The notes under the pieces: model-generated
Database searches by the model: none
What the model saw: only the letters and a program-made list of their open reading frames with translations
Told to the model about the DNA's origin: nothing
Source: Lingula anatina
Taxonomy: Eukaryota; Animalia; Brachiopoda
Length of the DNA stretch: 64,000 bases
Direction: 5' to 3'
NCBI GenBank assembly: GCA_051362555.1
Contig: CM120641.1
Span: forward strand, 48,614,401 to 48,678,400
Program-made: the position numbers and the translations under genes
Shown here: piece by piece, positions 61,201 through 64,000 of the stretch
How the letters are laid out: each line of letters begins with the position of its first letter
How positions within the stretch are numbered: the first letter of the stretch is position 1

Positions 61201-63845
61201 CATATATTGTGCAGTTTAAAAAGCATTCCTATTCTGGAACAGTTATCAGAGTAAACTTCTAATATAATTGATGTACTTGTGTTATCTAAAACATCAATAA
61301 TAATTAAAGTGACTGTGATTTTCTGGATAAGCAGTCTGAAACCTCCCCCTCCCCCTTCCCCTTCCCCCCCTTACCTCAACCCCCGAGACCCCATTCAGGG
61401 CATATAACCTCTGCAGCTCGTAGTTTTGACTATTTTGTAGTTCCTTTCTGGTCTGATGTTTAGGTTTGACCTCAGACCCTTTCACGGCATGAAAACATAC
61501 ATCAGTTCTGGAAAAGAAAAATATCAGTCGACATTAACTTTTTCATGTTGCTGTTATAGCTATTATATACTGTAGTTCATAAAATTGACTTAATTTTGAT
61601 AAAAAAACATATCTACTATGAGTAGTTCATGCTGCTAATGCTATTAAAGGTCATATACAATTCAGAATGTTTTTATCATTCAATGAAAATAATTTAATTT
61701 GTTTGTTTAATAAGAGCTTGGTATATTTCCACACTGTATGTCACTGTCTGTTCTTCTGAAGCTATTTGTCTATGTTAATCATTAGATATGGACTCATATC
61801 ATGTGTTTGCCTCATTTTGCCACTTACACAATGACAAAATTACAGCTGTTGGATGTCAAAATCGAGGCTGACTTATGGATGGGAGCGGCTCACTGCAGGT
61901 CAATAAAGACCCATAACACATGATCAAACAAGTAGTATTTTTAAGTTATATGTACTTGTATACATCCCTACATCTTCATTACAACAGGTGGCAGCACTTA
62001 CTTGTTGGCATTAATGTTGCCATTTTCATCAACATGGTGGGAAATGTCATCTGGTTTCACCTCAAACCCAACGATTGGGACAAGTTCTCTGGAAAAAACT
62101 TTGCTTCATTATCAAACTATCAATGTTGTGAATTTCACATACATACAGTCATGGCTGCTATTATGTTAAAAATTATATGTCAAAAGTTCCTGCTTGCATA
62201 ACTACGTCATTCAATATAGAATGCACCGTTTTGATTGTTTTTCGAGTTTTCTGAAGAGCGCTAGTATAAATTAGTGGACATACTTGAGGAAATCATCCAG
62301 TTTGTCTTTGACTTTATTGGGATCTTCATCAAACACAAACTTCAGCTTCTCGTAGTCCTTGATAACATAAACCTGAAAACAAACAGATAACGAGTTGAAC
62401 ATTTCAGTTGATTTCAGTTGATTTCAAATGGGGCTATTGAAGGACCAAGGTAATATTGGCAATAATAATTTAATAATAGATCAATATAATATCTGTATTT
62501 GCACTGTCTCCTAATTAAAAGCCATCTATAAAACATGAAGAATAACATACCAAAACTTGGGCAGTGTCTCTCCTGTTCTTGGCGTCTCTGACCTGTACAG
62601 AAATGTTGAAGAAGCCATTGATGAAATCGGTGAACTGAGAAAAGTTAGTTCTGATCATCCCCGTGTTCTTATCAATGATGAAAGCTGATCGGACATCGCG
62701 GTTGGGTGGGTACTTGTTCCTCACATAATTAATATCTGTGATGCTGTATAGTATCTTGTCTTTACCAACTAAATCTGGGTCATGGGCATACACCTTGGTG
62801 ACCTCACTGTGGTATAGCGCAGTATCCAAGACGGCTGAAACAGAAATAGTTTTTACATTGGTAATTACTACAATAAGCACAGGCCTGATGTTCTTTATGT
62901 GTTAATTGTATGTGTTCATAATACAAATCATACATGTACATGTAATACTGTCCTGACAATGTTCTGAATTAAAAGCACATTTCATTTTTGAAGTATTATG
63001 TCTATTAAGTCAGGAGCAGTACACTTTGATAGAGATAGCTGCCGGTAGCAAAATATTCAAATGTTCACTGATACCAAGTATTAATCTAACCAGTATAGAA
63101 ATGGAGATGTTGGTTACATAACTTTTACCACTGACTGTAACTGACATTTAATAAGAAAACAATGTTTGCAGAAATACTAGTACTGGAAGTACTGGACCAA
63201 ACAGTTAGAGAATGCACAAATGATACTAAATCTTTAAAGCACCAAAAGTATCACTTACTTGTGGTGACAATCTTCCCAGTCCCTCTATCAAACCTCGGTG
63301 GCTCGTCATCCTCATCCAGAACATTAATGATGTACCGGATAACAGCAGATCCACTAGTAGCCACAGGTGTGTCTCGGGAAGGATCCAAGACTTGTATGCA
63401 CAGCTCATAGCTGGCTTGCAATTCACGATCTAAAATTCTCTTTGTTGCAAGCCTGCCAGAGTTGGGGTCCAGAGAGAAGACTTCAGAGTCCCCACCTGAA
63501 TAATAAAAATTCCTCATAATACATGTCTATATATACAGCAAAAAATATTTTACGATAGGAATATCTACACAAAAAGAGTAAAAATAACAAAAATTCATTT
63601 AAGAAAAAAAACATTGCATTTTATGGAAAACAGATCACTGATTGTAGCTTTTATCCTTAAAATCATAACCCTTTGACTAAAATATTCTGCCTCATCTCTG
63701 AAGATATAACAGAACTTCACTTACAAGTAATCCTGTATGCCATGACATTATTGGGACTGAGATCAGCATCGCAGCCTTCAACTATGGCGACCTCCGTCTC
63801 TGGAGGCTGGTTCTCCATTACGCTTACGGTGACTGGATCTCGCAG
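58195..63845 (-). CDS. Cadherin gene 2 (5'-truncated by window edge): divergent non-classical cadherin, last EC repeats + membrane-adjacent domain + TM + short tail ending QVQF
   Basis: Phase-consistent exons 63725-63845, 63259-63495, 62551-62834, 62284-62372, 62002-62088, 61375-61507, 60865-61007, 60326-60351, 60127-60142, (59527-59544), 58195-58285; motifs MENQPP, DAD, LDRE, VLDEDDEPPRF, AHDPD; TM WLWWLLVALAALLILLAIIGIILLCCCW. Confidence 0.85.
59319..59514. repeat. 50-bp tandem repeat x4
   Basis: cactaatgcaataaaaaataacagataaaacacaaaagtggcacacatat units. Confidence 0.92.
59527..59544 (-). CDS. Gene 2 putative optional micro-exon, 18 nt, GC donor (TNPVLYS)
   Basis: tgcttttccag|AAATCCTGTTCTTTACAG|gcaagt, phase 2-2, symmetric. 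Confidence 0.45.
60127..60142 (-). CDS. Gene 2 micro-exon, 16 nt (YIPEAT)
   Basis: tatttcag|ACATTCCAGAGGCCAC|gtaagt, phase 1-2, restores frame to the last exon. Confidence 0.68.
60326..60351 (-). CDS. Gene 2 micro-exon, 26 nt (YQKAAGAP)
   Basis: cctctttcag|...|gtaagt, phase 2-1. Confidence 0.7.
60865..61007 (-). CDS. Gene 2 exon, transmembrane helix plus CCC cluster
   Basis: ORF 60861..61130; 143 nt, phase 0-2. Confidence 0.9.
61375..61507 (-). CDS. Gene 2 exon, membrane-adjacent domain (TDVCFHAV...GVSGVE)
   Basis: ORF 61294..61485; 133 nt, phase 2-0. Confidence 0.85.
62002..62088 (-). CDS. Gene 2 exon, membrane-adjacent domain (DDISHHVDENG)
   Basis: 87 nt, phase 2-2. Confidence 0.85.
62284..62372 (-). 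CDS. Gene 2 exon, membrane-adjacent domain (VYVIKDYEKLKFVF)
   Basis: 89 nt, phase 0-2, same size and phase as gene 1 exon 18549-18637. Confidence 0.86.
62551..62834 (-). CDS. Gene 2 exon, last EC (AHDPD...RDTAQVL)
   Basis: ORF 62515..62880; 284 nt, phase 1-0. Confidence 0.9.
63259..63495 (-). CDS. Gene 2 exon, EC (LDRE...VLDEDDEPPRF)
   Basis: ORF 63251..63517; 237 nt, phase 1-1. Confidence 0.9.
63725..63845 (-). CDS. Gene 2 exon, EC (VSVMENQPPET...CDADLSPNN)
   Basis: 121 nt, phase 0-1, tttag|...|gtaagt. Confidence 0.85.
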
Positions 63846-64000
63846 CTAAAGATTTAAGTCAAAACAAATTTAGCTTTTACATAATTGAGAAGAAAAAACA
63901 AACTTATCATGTGACATTCAAAATGACAATGTGACTCAAATTCATTTTCGTAAAATAAATTTAGATGTCCAGAAACTTTGTCTAATCTGATATAAATGCA

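Noticed and set aside
57065-61625. ~50-bp sequence shared by 57065-57113 and 61578-61624
   Set aside because: Short dispersed repeat fragment without termini or other supporting structure

Overview
AT-rich, intron-rich animal genomic DNA (invertebrate, probably a mollusc/lophotrochozoan; this is inferred from repeat types and gene style). The window holds a complete minus-strand Cad87A-like non-classical cadherin gene (35 coding exons, 39862->4324, about 1903 aa: signal peptide, 14 EC repeats, membrane-adjacent domain, TM, tail ending TTDI) and, head-to-tail upstream of it, the 3' part of a second, divergent cadherin (63845->58195, runs off the right edge) whose short tail is built from micro-exons. 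The most interesting signal is a set of phase-compatible alternative exons in the tail introns of gene 1 that would swap the C-terminal PDZ ligand (TTDI / STEL / QTRF), flanked by UGCAUG motifs. The non-coding DNA carries a very young, internally deleted Gypsy LTR element (identical 454-bp LTRs, 4-bp TSD, tRNA-Lys(UUU) PBS, gag-integrase fusion remnant), three satellite-carrying Helentron/DINE-1-like (HINE) elements, several MITEs (Kolobok-, Harbinger- and hAT5-like) and mini/microsatellites. All exon calls were made by hand from GT/AG signals and reading-frame continuity; no database search was run.
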